DNA of 60,139 nt, counting the filler. It is 8 parts of 8 records of this genome, joined end to end, with 100 filler letters (N's around TTAATTAATTAA, not from the genome) between each part and the next. Parts side by side here need not be neighbours in the genome. Positions count along the whole stretch, not along the records: positions 25,797 to 31,859 come from SRR31147125_9002; positions 31,960 to 39,529 come from SRR31147125_9011; 6 more parts are not named here. One strand, given 5' to 3'. Numbering within the stretch: the first letter of the stretch is position 1; every line of letters begins with the position of its first letter. The notes under the pieces are model-generated. The model worked only from the letters and a program-made list of their open reading frames with translations, made no database searches and was not told the DNA's origin. A program made the translations under genes and the position numbers. Below, one piece after another: positions 28,831 through 39,629 of this stretch.

Positions 28831-30738
28831 TTATTTTTCAAACATTTCGATAACCGATTTTACAATTCCCTTTGTGTCGATACCGCAAGTTTTATATAAA
28901 TCTTCAAGTGTTCCATGTTCAACGAACCTATCAGGAACACCAAGTGTTTTTATTTTAGTAGAACAGTCGTGTTGTGCCATAAACTCAAGAATGGCACTTC
29001 CGAATCCTCCCTGGATAACTCCGTCTTCAACAGTAATTACAGTTTCAAAGTTTTCGAGCACCTTAAGCAATAATTTTTCGTCGAGCGGCTTTACAAAACG
29101 CATATCGAAATGAGCCGCCGAGATGTTTTTGCTTGCCAGACTTTTTACTGCTTTTTTAGCAAATATTCCAGCTTTTCCAATGGTTAAAATGGCAATATCA
29201 GTTCCTTCAGAAATTTGTCGTCCGGTACCAATTTCAATTTTTTCGAAAGGCTTTTTCCAGTTTGGTTTAATGCCGCATCCGCGTGGGTAGCGAATAGAAA
29301 ATGGTTTGCCAACTTCGTCGAGCTGTGCAGTATACATTAAATTGCGAAGCTCTATTTCGTCCATTGGTGCCGAAACAATCATATTTGGAATGGAACGCAT
29401 GAAGGCAATATCGAAAACGCCATGATGAGTTGGGCCGTCTTCTCCCACCAATCCTCCACGGTCGAGACAAAATACTACATGCAGGTTTTGCGTTGCAACA
29501 TCGTGAACTACCTGATCGTAGGCACGCTGCATAAAAGTTGAGTAAATGTTACAAAATGGCACAATTCCGTGTGCTGCCAAACCTGCTGAAAATGTAACTG
29601 CATGTTGTTCTGCAATACCAACATCAAATGCGCGGTTGGGCATTTTTTCAATCATCCGGTTCATCGAACATCCTGTTGGCATGGCCGGTGTAATTCCAAC
29701 AATTTTTTCGTTTTGTTCGGCAAGTTCAACCAATGTTTCGCCAAATACATTCTGAAATTTTGGTGCATGGTCAGAGTTGCATTCGCATTTATATATTTCA
29801 CCGGTTTCTTTATCGAATATTCCGGGAGCATGAAATTGGGTTTGGTTCAACTCGGCTTGTTTAAATCCTTTCCCTTTTTGGGTAATTAAATGCAGGAGTT
29901 TTGGGCCGGGAATATCTTTTAAATCGTTTAATACTTTCGCGAGGTAGTCTACGTCGTGCCCGTCAACCGGACCGAAGTACCTGAAATTAAAAGCTTCGAA
30001 AAGGTTATTTTCTTTTAGAAGCATATTTTTTAAGGCATGTTGGTTTTTTTGCAGAATTTTTCTTGTTTTTCGTCCAACCCAATCCAGTTTGCCAAGTCCT
30101 CTCCACACGTCGCGTTTAAAACGGTTGTAGGTGTTCGACTTCGAAATATTGAGGAGATATCTATTCAGACCTCCAACATTCGGGTCGATAGCCATATTGT
30201 TGTCATTCAGTATGATAAGTATATCTGAATTTTCAACACCGGCATTGTTTAAGGCTTCAAAAGCCATTCCTCCGGTCATTGCTCCGTCGCCAATTACAGC
30301 AACCACTTTTCGTTCTTTTTCGCCTTTAATTTTTGCAGCAACTGCCATGCCCAGCGCAGCCGAAATCGATGTTGAAGAGTGTCCAACTCCAAATGCATCG
30401 TATTCACTTTCATCGCGTTTCGGGAATCCACTAATGCCTTTATACTTGCGGTTGGTTTCGAAAACTTCGCGTCGGCCTGTTAAAATTTTATGGCCATAAG
30501 CCTGATGGCCAACATCCCAAATAAGCTGATCGTAAGGAGTGTTGTATATGTAATGCAGAGCAACAGTAAGTTCAACAACTCCAAGACTGGCTCCAAAATG
30601 TCCCGGGTTAGTTGAAACAGCATCAATAATAAAGTCACGAAGTTCATCGCAAACCTGTTCGAGCTGTTTGGGCGATAGTTTTTTTAAATCGTCCGGGGTA
30701 TTTATATTATCGAGTAATTTTTCCTTTAACTCATTCAT
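28831..30738 (-). CDS. dxs: 1-deoxy-D-xylulose-5-phosphate synthase
   Basis: Motifs WDVGHQAY.HK, GHSSTSISAA, GDGAMTGG.AFEALN, DVGIAEQHAV and DGPTHHG. Confidence 0.97.
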   Translation of the reverse strand: MNELKEKLLDNINTPDDLKKLSPKQLEQVCDELRDFIIDAVSTNPGHFGASLGVVELTVALHYIYNTPYDQLIWDVGHQAYGHKILTGRREVFETNRKYKGISGFPKRDESEYDAFGVGHSSTSISAALGMAVAAKIKGEKERKVVAVIGDGAMTGGMAFEALNNAGVENSDILIILNDNNMAIDPNVGGLNRYLLNISKSNTYNRFKRDVWRGLGKLDWVGRKTRKILQKNQHALKNMLLKENNLFEAFNFRYFGPVDGHDVDYLAKVLNDLKDIPGPKLLHLITQKGKGFKQAELNQTQFHAPGIFDKETGEIYKCECNSDHAPKFQNVFGETLVELAEQNEKIVGITPAMPTGCSMNRMIEKMPNRAFDVGIAEQHAVTFSAGLAAHGIVPFCNIYSTFMQRAYDQVVHDVATQNLHVVFCLDRGGLVGEDGPTHHGVFDIAFMRSIPNMIVSAPMDEIELRNLMYTAQLDEVGKPFSIRYPRGCGIKPNWKKPFEKIEIGTGRQISEGTDIAILTIGKAGIFAKKAVKSLASKNISAAHFDMRFVKPLDEKLLLKVLENFETVITVEDGVIQGGFGSAILEFMAQHDCSTKIKTLGVPDRFVEHGTLEDLYKTCGIDTKGIVKSVIEMFEK

Positions 30739-30890
30739 CGGCGCAAAAATAATTGCAAAGATAACATTTACTCACCTACTGTTTGTTCAATAAAAATGAA
30801 ATATTCGTGGTTTGTTTTGTAAATGAAACAATTTTCAGGGATTTATAAAATGATAAAGTAATAAGAATTGCAAAAGTTTTATCTGTTGTC

Positions 30891-31655
30891 TTAAAGAAAC
30901 GAATCGATCCACACCAATCCATTTAAAGTAAGCATTGCCTCAATGGTACTTACTTTTTTTGTGAGAGGAGCAATTATAGAACTTAGTCCTCCGGTAGCTA
31001 CAACTGTAAGCTTTTCTTGTAGTTCTTCTTCGGTGCGTTCAACAATAGAATCGACCAAACCTGTAAATCCAAAAACTACACCAGCCTGAATGGCATGAAC
31101 AGTATTTTCGCCCAAAATTGATGGGGGAGGAGTTAAATGGATTTGCGGAAGCTGTGCTGTTTTTCCGGCTAGTGCGCCCACTGCTGTGCGGAGTCCGGGA
31201 GCGATAGCTACACCTAGTATTTGGGCATCGTTACCAATGGTTGTAAACGTTAAAGCTGTGCCAAAATCAATTACCATTGTATTATTTCCGTATTTCTGAA
31301 AAGCTGCAATTGCATTGGCAACCAGGTCGGTACCAATTTGATAAGGATTCAGAATTTTTACAGGAAGTATATCGTAAATATCGGGATGGACGGTATTTAT
31401 TTTAGCTTCGTCGAATAACCCGCCCAGCATTTCTTTAAAAGGATAAACCAACGAAGGAACAACACTACTCAGGATAATTTTATTGATTTCGGTGCGGCGG
31501 ATTTTGCCGGCAATCATCAACGAGCGAAAAATAACTTCGTATTCGTCGGCTGTTTTTAGAGGATCGGTTTGTATGCGCCAATCCTTTAGCCATTCTCCGT
31601 TTTCGTGAACTCCAAAAACGATGTTTGTATTTCCAATATCAATTGTAAGAAGCAT
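30891..31655 (-). CDS. coaX: Type III pantothenate kinase
   Basis: Motifs LTIDIGNTN, SSVVP, G.D, IDFGTA.T and ATGG. Confidence 0.95.
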   Translation of the reverse strand: MLLTIDIGNTNIVFGVHENGEWLKDWRIQTDPLKTADEYEVIFRSLMIAGKIRRTEINKIILSSVVPSLVYPFKEMLGGLFDEAKINTVHPDIYDILPVKILNPYQIGTDLVANAIAAFQKYGNNTMVIDFGTALTFTTIGNDAQILGVAIAPGLRTAVGALAGKTAQLPQIHLTPPPSILGENTVHAIQAGVVFGFTGLVDSIVERTEEELQEKLTVVATGGLSSIIAPLTKKVSTIEAMLTLNGLVWIDSFL

Positions 31656-31746
31656 GGTTTTATTCTTTTACTAATTCTTAGGAACAGTTTAAACGTTATT
31701 TCAAAAATGAGTAGCTTACAATTTTAAATGTTTTTGCCTTTCATTT

Positions 31747-31859
31747 TTATCCAAACAAACTTAACTGATTATCTTCTTTCTTTGGCTTCTTGGGTGGATT
31801 ATTTTTTAGCAACTCGGTAAGCTCTTTCTTTATTGACTGAAGGAAAGGGCTTTTCTCCA
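31747..31859 (-). CDS. C-terminal fragment ending in a QLSLF clamp-binding motif, probably a UvrD/Rep-family helicase
   Basis: Translation ...EKSPFLQSIKKELTELLKNNPPKKPKKEDNQLSLFG*. SPFL..I resembles the end of the UvrD C-terminal domain. Confidence 0.55.
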
Positions 31860-31959
31860 NNNNNNNNNNNNNNNNNNNNNNNNNNNNNNNNNNNNNNNNN
31901 NNNTTAATTAATTAANNNNNNNNNNNNNNNNNNNNNNNNNNNNNNNNNNNNNNNNNNNN
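31860..31959. other. Artificial contig spacer
   Basis: N44-TTAATTAATTAA-N44. Confidence 0.98.
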
Positions 31960-34910
31960 GCTTCAAGCAAGCTTGAATAACCATTAGCTAGAGTTTGCCT
32001 ATTCTCCATCAAAGCGCGGGAATAGTTCATAAGCTTATGACCATACATGGATTGCAAATCAATAAGTAAGGTGAATCTTTTATATGTAAATAGATTGTTC
32101 ATATTCGCTTCCCACTTGGGCATAGCATTTCCTGCAATAATACGGTCAGATTCATCAATTTTGCGATCGTTGTTTACATCTTGATATTTCAAATCTCCCG
32201 GTTTTTTATTGTATATCGCAGCTTCATCAGCATCATCAGTTCCCCATGTTCCAATTCGATTTAAAACAAAAATTTCATTCAGTGGCCTTCCTTCCATAAT
32301 TCTTGTTCCAAATCCATAAAGAATATCGCCATTAATATCAATTACTTTAGATCTGTTCGTTGAAAAATTCACTGATGTTTTCCATGTAAAATGGGTTCCC
32401 GTAATATTTCGGGAATTAAATGTAAGCTCAAATCCATGATTACTAATTGAGCCGATATTATCCCATGCTCCTGCATATCCGGTTGTTGCTGGAACAGACT
32501 TGTAATACAATAAGTTATCCGTAAACTTACGATAAACATCGGCAATTAATTCGACCCGATTATTGAAGAGCCCAATGTCAAAACCAAAATCAAACTGGGT
32601 AGATTTCTCCCAACCAAGATCCTGATTTCCCAGATTATTTAATACAACAGCTGCTACTTGAGACTTATCGAATACAACCTGCGTATTAGATAATTGAGCT
32701 TTTGTTACATAATTTCCAATTTCGGCATTACCCACACTTCCATAACTGACTCGTATTTTTAAGTTATTAATTACATGTTCAATACTTTTTAGAAAATTTT
32801 CGTTGGATATTCGCCATGCACCTGACACTGAAGGAAAACTTCCATACTTATTATTGTCACCAAACTGAGATGAACCATCAACCCGATAAGTTGCTCCTAA
32901 TAAATATTTGTCTTTAAAACTATAATTCAACCGCCCATAAAAAGAATTCATTTGATTTTCATTGATCCCTGATATCGGTTCCTGATAGGTTGTTCCAACC
33001 TGCAACTGGTTATACTGAAAAAAATCATCAAAATACCCCTCAGATCCAGCCTTTGTATAATCGGAAAAAAAGTAATCCCAACTTGCACCTAGAACGACAG
33101 TAACATTGTGCTTGCCAAAACTATTCGTGTAGGTTAGATAATCTTCATTTGTCCAGGAACGGTTATTCCAGTTTTCTTTTGTAGCCACTCCTTTTTGAAC
33201 CTCACTAATATCACGAAGATCTCGACCTGCATAATAATTTTTGTAGTTATTAATTAAGTGTCCAGTAATAGCAGTCGTCAAATCTAAATTATTGGTCAAA
33301 TGAAACGTACCTATGAAATTGCCCATGGTATAATTTTTTCCAAAAATCGATTTCAATTCTTTTAAAATACGTATTGGATTTTCACCACCTTCCGCTCCAA
33401 TATAATCTCCTTTGCGAGAGTAAGTCCCATCTTGATACTGAACCGGATAAAAAGGCAACATTTCCATCATTTGCCTTATCGCATTCAATCCAAATGCATT
33501 TCCTTCAATATCATTTTGTTTCGAAGTGCCACTATTTATAGTTGCCTGAAGGTGTAGCCAATCCTTAACATTCCAATCAAGCTTTAAAAACCCTTTTAAT
33601 TGGTTTAAGTAGCTATTTAAGACAATTCCCTCATTCTGCCGATAAGAAATATTAGCCAAAACCGTCAAATCCTCTTTACCACCAGAAATAGAAAGAGTAT
33701 GATCGTGAGAAACAGCAAGACGAGTAGCTTCTTCTTGCCAATCTGTATTGTATTTTGGAGAACCATCCTCATAAAATAAATCTTCTTTTCTTAGAAATGA
33801 TTTATCTGGATCCAAATGAAATGCAGTTCTTCCAGGCACATATTCGTAAGCCCTTTTATAAATCTCAAGAACCCCCTCTGCATCCAGAACATCAACCTTT
33901 TTGGATAGGAAACCAAAACTTATAGAATGATTAAACTGAATTTCTGAATTTCCCTTTTTCCCCTTTTTTGTAGTAATAATAATTACCCCATTTGTTCCAC
34001 GTGATCCGTAAATAGCTGATGCAGATGCATCTTTCAAAATATCTATCGATTCAATAATATCAGGATCTATTGACTCTGGGTCAACGCCAACCATGCCATT
34101 AACAACATACAAGGGGCTATTAGATGCATTGATTGAACCAGTACCTCGAATACGGATAGCTGTGTTGCCTCCTGGTTTACCTGAGTTTGTCATTACATTA
34201 ACACCTGCAACCTGTCCTGCTAACCCCTGTCCTATACTAACAGTTGTAGCTCGTTCCAGAAGTTTTTCATTATCAACAGAACCAACTGAATTCGTTAAAT
34301 TTTTCTTGTGAATTGTTCCATAACCTACAGCAATAACCTCTGCAATGCCAATTGTTTTTTCGTCTAATGAAACTTGCAAAAAGCTTTCTCCATTTAATTC
34401 AATTTCTTTACTTTTTAATCCAATAAATGAAAAATACAATGTTGAATTCCCAGGTATATTTAAAAGTTCAAAATTTCCGTATCCATCAGTTATAGTACCA
34501 ATATTTGCTCCTTCAACAATAACATTTACTCCAGGTAAAAATTCACCTTTTGAAGTGGTAACCTGACCAGTAACCTTCGGGTTAATTTGAAAGTATTGTT
34601 GTTTTTGTTGATCTAAACTCAAAGCAATTTGCCTTTTATTAATTGAGTAAATAATTCCTGTTCGCTCAAAAATGCTATCAAGAATTTTCTCAACCAGCAT
34701 ATTATCACAATGAATATTTACATTCTGCATGACATCAACACGTGTTGCATCATACATAAAATAATATTCAGACCTATTCTCAATCTCCCTTAAAACATCC
34801 CTTATTGAAACATCTTCCATATCAAAGCTTAATTGCTTAGTTTGTGAAAAGGAGTTTAGTGAAAATAGTATCATCAGTTTTATCAATATGACAGATTTCA
34901 ATTTTTTCAT
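31960..34910 (-). CDS. SusC/RagA TonB-dependent transporter with N-terminal STN signalling domain (3' truncated)
   Basis: STN domain, VIAVGYG, IRIRG..S, DI.SI.ILKDASA.AIYGSRG.NGVI.ITTK and LGWEK. Confidence 0.95.
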
Positions 34911-35084
34911 TTCAGCGTTCTGGTTTAAATATCCAATCGTTACAAAAATATCTAAACCATACGTTTCTTTTTATGACATTTAGAACTAATCATTACCCAT
35001 TCTTTCAATATTTGTAATACAGTCAAAATGAATAAAACTCACTTTAAATTTATTAGTTACAACTCATTTATAATGAATGTATCA

Positions 35085-36110
35085 TCAATTATCTTTATCT
35101 ATAACTACCCTAGTCATACTTAATGTATCTACAGGCTTTTCAATTTTATAATTAATTGAGCAAGCATAAGCTATTGATTGAAAAATTTCATCAAGGCTCT
35201 CATTCTTTATTGTTGCTGTAAATACAGAATTGTATACTTCAGCATTCTTCACTTCAATATCGATATTATACTTTCGCTTAAGTCTTGAAATAACTTCAGA
35301 CATCGCATCGTCTTCGAAAACTAAAACACCTTCTTTCCATAAGGAAAAGTCTCTATCTTCAGCCTTTTCTAGCGATACACTTCCTGTTGTTTTATCATAT
35401 TCAGCTAACTCTCCAGGTGCCAGGCTATAACTAAAAGCAACATCATTCGATTTTAACAATTCAACCTTTCCACGTTCCAGATATATTTGAATTTGCTTAT
35501 CCTCTTTATATGCACTTACATCGAACCGAGTTCCTAATACATTCACATAAAAATTGTCACATAAAACCCTTAGAGGCAAGTTTTTATTTTTAGTTACATC
35601 TAAAAAAGCCTGTCCCTCCAGCTCAACATCCCTGTTTGTAATACCAAAAAGGCTATTGTAAATAATCTTTGTTCCAGAGTTAAGCCAAACAATTGTACTA
35701 TCGGGCAGTAGTATCTTTGAAATTTGTCCATTTTCTGCAAAAACAGCAGTTGAAAATGACTCAGCTGTATTGTTCGATTTATTTAATTGATTTAAATATA
35801 TAAGCGATGAGATGGCAAGTGCGAATACAAAAACAGCAGCATATTTTATCACCCCCAGGTATCTAACAGCACTTGTTTTATTTCTGCTATTCAACTGCTT
35901 GCTGAATTTCAGATATAATTCTTCAGTCTTATATTGATCCATCTTTTGTTTAGAGGAAATTAAAGCAGATAAATTCTTAATTTTTCGAAATTCTTTCTTC
36001 TTATCTAAGTTAGTTTCCAATTCCGATAGAATATTATCCTTTTCTGCACCTTTTAGCTCCCCAAGTACTATTTGTAATATTTCTTCTGTGTTTTTCATAG
36101 TCGTCTTCAA
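35085..36110 (-). CDS. FecR family anti-sigma factor
   Basis: TM segment and motifs LPDST.VWLNSGT, R.V.LEG.AF..V, VLGT.F.V and W..G.L.F. Confidence 0.93.
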   Translation of the reverse strand: MKTTMKNTEEILQIVLGELKGAEKDNILSELETNLDKKKEFRKIKNLSALISSKQKMDQYKTEELYLKFSKQLNSRNKTSAVRYLGVIKYAAVFVFALAISSLIYLNQLNKSNNTAESFSTAVFAENGQISKILLPDSTIVWLNSGTKIIYNSLFGITNRDVELEGQAFLDVTKNKNLPLRVLCDNFYVNVLGTRFDVSAYKEDKQIQIYLERGKVELLKSNDVAFSYSLAPGELAEYDKTTGSVSLEKAEDRDFSLWKEGVLVFEDDAMSEVISRLKRKYNIDIEVKNAEVYNSVFTATIKNESLDEIFQSIAYACSINYKIEKPVDTLSMTRVVIDKDN

Positions 36111-36304
36111 ATAAATAATACACCAATTATCGTTTACCCTAGTTTAAAATTGAAATAAATTTTGAGTAATTCTATGCTGCAAGAAACGCCGCCACATCAA
36201 CAGGCAGTATATCAACACATTAAGGCAAGTTATATATTTTCTATTTTAGATGAAATATATTGGAATAAAAACACGAATAATATGAAGTAGATGTAGAGTT
36301 TAGT

Positions 36305-36892
36305 TTAAACAAATAAAAATGCCATAATTGAGAGATAGTCTTTTAAAGATATTCTTAAAACCTTTAACGCTTTGGTAATATGACCTTCTACCGCTTTTAC
36401 AGATATCCCTAATTCTTCGGCAATCTCTTTATTCTTTTTATTCTCAAATCTACTTTGTTTGAATACATTTCGGCATTGAGGTGGCAACTCTTTCAACGTA
36501 TTTTCAATAATAGAATCAATTTCAGCAAATGTAAAAGTTGAAGTGTCCAGTGTTCCTAATGCATCCATATTCGCATTTACCTCCAACTCATTTAAGTCTG
36601 TTAATTCAAATATTCGATGCTTATATTTCTTGTCTCTTAACTTTAGCAGACAATTATTTTTAGCAACGGTAAAAAGGTATGCTCCAAAATTAGTATCATC
36701 TTTAAGTTCATTCTTTTTATCCCACAATGTCATCAAGGTATCCTGGATGATATTTTCAACAAGATCGTCATATGGAACATACTCATAAATAAAAAAGTAA
36801 AGGCGAGACACATATGTATTATAAATGACCTTAAACGCAACTTCATCACCGTCCTTTATCTTTGCAAGTAGATATTTATCGTCTATCGCCAT
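36305..36892 (-). CDS. ECF RNA polymerase sigma-70 factor (Bacteroidota expansion family)
   Basis: GDE.AF..IY and LP.QCR.VF..SR......EIA..LGISVK.VE.HI.KA; sits upstream of fecR-susC. Confidence 0.93.
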   Translation of the reverse strand: MAIDDKYLLAKIKDGDEVAFKVIYNTYVSRLYFFIYEYVPYDDLVENIIQDTLMTLWDKKNELKDDTNFGAYLFTVAKNNCLLKLRDKKYKHRIFELTDLNELEVNANMDALGTLDTSTFTFAEIDSIIENTLKELPPQCRNVFKQSRFENKKNKEIAEELGISVKAVEGHITKALKVLRISLKDYLSIMAFLFV

Positions 36893-37131
36893 TTCAATTA
36901 TTTTGAATACAAATCTATCAAATTCTATCAATTATTAATAAGATAAGGATAAAGCAAACTGTCTATTCGTTGCCTTTTTAAAACACATACAAACAATACC
37001 TGAGTATTTTATGATGAACAGGAATCTTTAATTAGAAGATTAATAATTCTCTGGAAACTTCTTTGTATTAATTTTCCTACAATATTTCGTTTCTATAAAA
37101 CTTACTTTAAAATTCGACAACTCAACTTATT

Positions 37132-37150
37132 ATTTAGATAAATTCTAAAT
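37132..37150. promoter_or_regulatory. Putative Bacteroidota-type Fur box
   Basis: ATTTAGATAAATTCTAAAT palindrome, 16/19 identical to ATTTAGAATTATTCTAAAT, 85 bp upstream of the ATG at 37235. Confidence 0.6.
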
Positions 37151-37234
37151 ATATTGATAAGTATTGACTTATAGTAATTCATGTACTAATTTGCATTAAG
37201 TTTTTATAATTATTAATCTTAACACCCCCTTCTA

Positions 37235-38527
37235 ATGAAAACATTTTTTCGTTTTGTCAATGATGCAATCATTGTTATCTCCTTGTGTTTAATTACAATT
37301 TCATGCAATAAGCATGAATCTCTGTTCGATTTACCAAAAGGTAAATTAATGCTAAATGTAAGTATGTCAATTATTGAAGATGACATTGGAAGCACCTTAA
37401 AATCAACCTCGATTGAAGACTATCAAGTTAAAATCTTCATAAAAGGTGAGTCTCAAGCTCTAGCCACTTTTAGCCATGCTTCTGAAATGCCTGATGAACT
37501 GGAACTACCAATCGGTGAATACTACGCAACTGCTTCTAACGAAAGTAATCCTGCAGCAGCATTCGAAAGCCCCTATTATTATGGGCAATCAGCAGATTTT
37601 GAAATAAATGAAGGAAAAACTTCAGAAGTTCAGATTACATGTTCTCTTGCGAACATTATGGTGAGTGTAGTTTATTCCGATAATGTTAAAAATTCGTTCT
37701 CAGATTTTAATTCAATTGTTAGCAACTCTGAAGCAAGCCTTACGTTTTCAAAAAATGAAACAAGAAAAGGTTATTTTAATTCAGGACCATTAGCAATAAA
37801 ATCGACATTGGAACAAAATGGCAATTCTAAAATTTTAAATGGAGAAATATCCAATCCTCAAAAAGGAAAGCATTATGAAATTAGGATTGATGCAGATGCA
37901 CTTGAAGGCAGTTCTTTTGTTAGCATCCAACTAAATGAAGACTTTGAAACGGAAGTCATTATTCTTAATGATGATAATTCTACCGAAGGAGACAGTGAAC
38001 AAACCGACACTGAAGATATTTCATTTGGTGATTTATTAATTACAGAAATCATGTTTGACCCTTTAGAATTAGGTGATTCCGAAGGTGAATGGGTCGAGAT
38101 ATATAATAATTCGGATCATACAATTAACTTAAAAGATTTAGTTTTCAGACAGGAATCAGATAATGATTTCCATCAAATTATTTCAAATATTGAGATCGAA
38201 ACGGGAGCTTATGCTTTGTTAGGTCGAACAGGTACTTCAACAAACAATGTTACTTATGTTTACGGTGGAAGCATAAGTCTTCTAAATAATGGAGATGAAT
38301 TATTTATTAACACATACGGGACTGATGGAACTGATGGATTGGTGATATGCTCTGTTGATTATGGAGCTGACGGATTTTCCAACCCGACAGGAAAATCGAT
38401 ACAACTTAACCCGACAGTAAAAGATGCAACTGAAGCGAAATTAGGTGCAAATTGGTGCGTTTCTACTCAACAATATTCAACTGGTGATTATGGTACTCCC
38501 GGAATAGAAAACACATCATGTGAGTAA
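37235..38527 (+). CDS. Lipoprotein with DUF4493-like N-terminal domain and C-terminal lamin-tail domain
   Basis: Lipobox ISC, LP.GEY...A...A.F..PYY.G...F.I (DUF4493-like), and LLITEIM.DP....EWVEIYN...L.N.GD...GTPG..N (LTD). Confidence 0.75.
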   Translation: MKTFFRFVNDAIIVISLCLITISCNKHESLFDLPKGKLMLNVSMSIIEDDIGSTLKSTSIEDYQVKIFIKGESQALATFSHASEMPDELELPIGEYYATASNESNPAAAFESPYYYGQSADFEINEGKTSEVQITCSLANIMVSVVYSDNVKNSFSDFNSIVSNSEASLTFSKNETRKGYFNSGPLAIKSTLEQNGNSKILNGEISNPQKGKHYEIRIDADALEGSSFVSIQLNEDFETEVIILNDDNSTEGDSEQTDTEDISFGDLLITEIMFDPLELGDSEGEWVEIYNNSDHTINLKDLVFRQESDNDFHQIISNIEIETGAYALLGRTGTSTNNVTYVYGGSISLLNNGDELFINTYGTDGTDGLVICSVDYGADGFSNPTGKSIQLNPTVKDATEAKLGANWCVSTQQYSTGDYGTPGIENTSCE

Positions 38528-38584
38528 AAATTACACATTCAACATACTATGATTAATCTTTCGTATAAAGATTACTACAAAATA

Positions 38585-38621
38585 AAAATGGTATTTGTCA
38601 CTTGACAGATACCATTTTTTT
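38585..38621 (+). terminator. Intrinsic terminator
   Basis: AAAATGGTATTTGTCA...TGACAGATACCATTTT followed by a T run. Confidence 0.75.
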
Positions 38622-38706
38622 CCTTTTCTTTTTATTTATCTAACTAATATGCTCTGAATAAATAAGAGCTATATTAGACTGAGCCTGTGCAGAATGATTT
38701 ATAAAA

Positions 38707-39129
38707 TCATTTCCCAGGTCTAACAGCTCCTCCCCTTTCATTTGATTTTCGTCTGCCTTGACGTTGCTTGCGCATTTCCAACATCCGATTTAACATTTCA
38801 TCATATTTCCCTTGCTGATCCGGGGTTAATAGTTTTCTAATTTCTGCATTCTTTTCTTTCATAACTTCCCGCATTGAGGTCATTAATTCCCTGCGTTCAT
38901 CTCCATCCTCAGTACTCCTCATTTTCTCTCTTAAATCAAGTTTCACTTGAATATTTTTTTCAATTTGAGTAACTTGTGTTTTTTGCGCATCGCTTAAACC
39001 TAACTGTTCAGCCATACGTTCAAGTCGCTGCTCTGGAGTCATTCTCTGGCGCTGACCACTTCCAGGTTGTGCAAAGCTATACTGTACAAATAATACAACT
39101 ACAAATAATGAATAGATTAACTTTTTCAT
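38707..39129 (-). CDS. Periplasmic helical protein (Spy/CpxP- or DUF4890-like)
   Basis: Signal peptide, LGLSDAQ and LLTPDQ (LTxxQ) motifs, Arg/Met/Glu-rich. Confidence 0.7.
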   Translation of the reverse strand: MKKLIYSLFVVVLFVQYSFAQPGSGQRQRMTPEQRLERMAEQLGLSDAQKTQVTQIEKNIQVKLDLREKMRSTEDGDERRELMTSMREVMKEKNAEIRKLLTPDQQGKYDEMLNRMLEMRKQRQGRRKSNERGGAVRPGK

Positions 39130-39265
39130 GGATAATAATTTATGAATTTTGAAGCTTAGACTCTTCAAATTGAGAATGGTTTAAAAATCAATTAAAATCG
39201 AATTTATCTTTTGTATCACAGAGCTATAAAATAGAATCCCGACAATTTACCACCCTATGATACAA

Positions 39266-39529
39266 CTATGAATCAAACAATTGATCCATTTTCTTAACTT
39301 GTTTTTCTGCTTCCACTATTTGATCATATTTTCCTAAATCCATCCACATAGATTTATCTTCGATAAAAGCATAAAGGGGATAATCTTTTGCTAATCTTAG
39401 ATAAAGATCAATAATAGAAAATTTACCGGTCTCCTCTATAAATTCAAAAAGTTTAGGGTGAATTATCTGAATACCACTAAAGGCATATTTTTGAGCTTTA
39501 TCAAATTGGTCAGCCCTGCTAATTTTTTT
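39266..39529 (-). CDS. Nucleotidyltransferase (NTP_transferase/MurU-like) C-terminal fragment
   Basis: Translation ...KYAFSGIQIIHPKLF...FSIIDLYLRLA...WMDLGK...LFDS*. Confidence 0.75.
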   Translation of the reverse strand, partial: KKISRADQFDKAQKYAFSGIQIIHPKLFEFIEETGKFSIIDLYLRLAKDYPLYAFIEDKSMWMDLGKYDQIVEAEKQVKKMDQLFDS

Positions 39530-39629
39530 NNNNNNNNNNNNNNNNNNNNNNNNNNNNNNNNNNNNNNNNNNNNTTAATTAATTAANNNNNNNNNNNNNNN
39601 NNNNNNNNNNNNNNNNNNNNNNNNNNNNN
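39530..39629. other. Artificial contig spacer
   Basis: N44-TTAATTAATTAA-N44. Confidence 0.98.
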
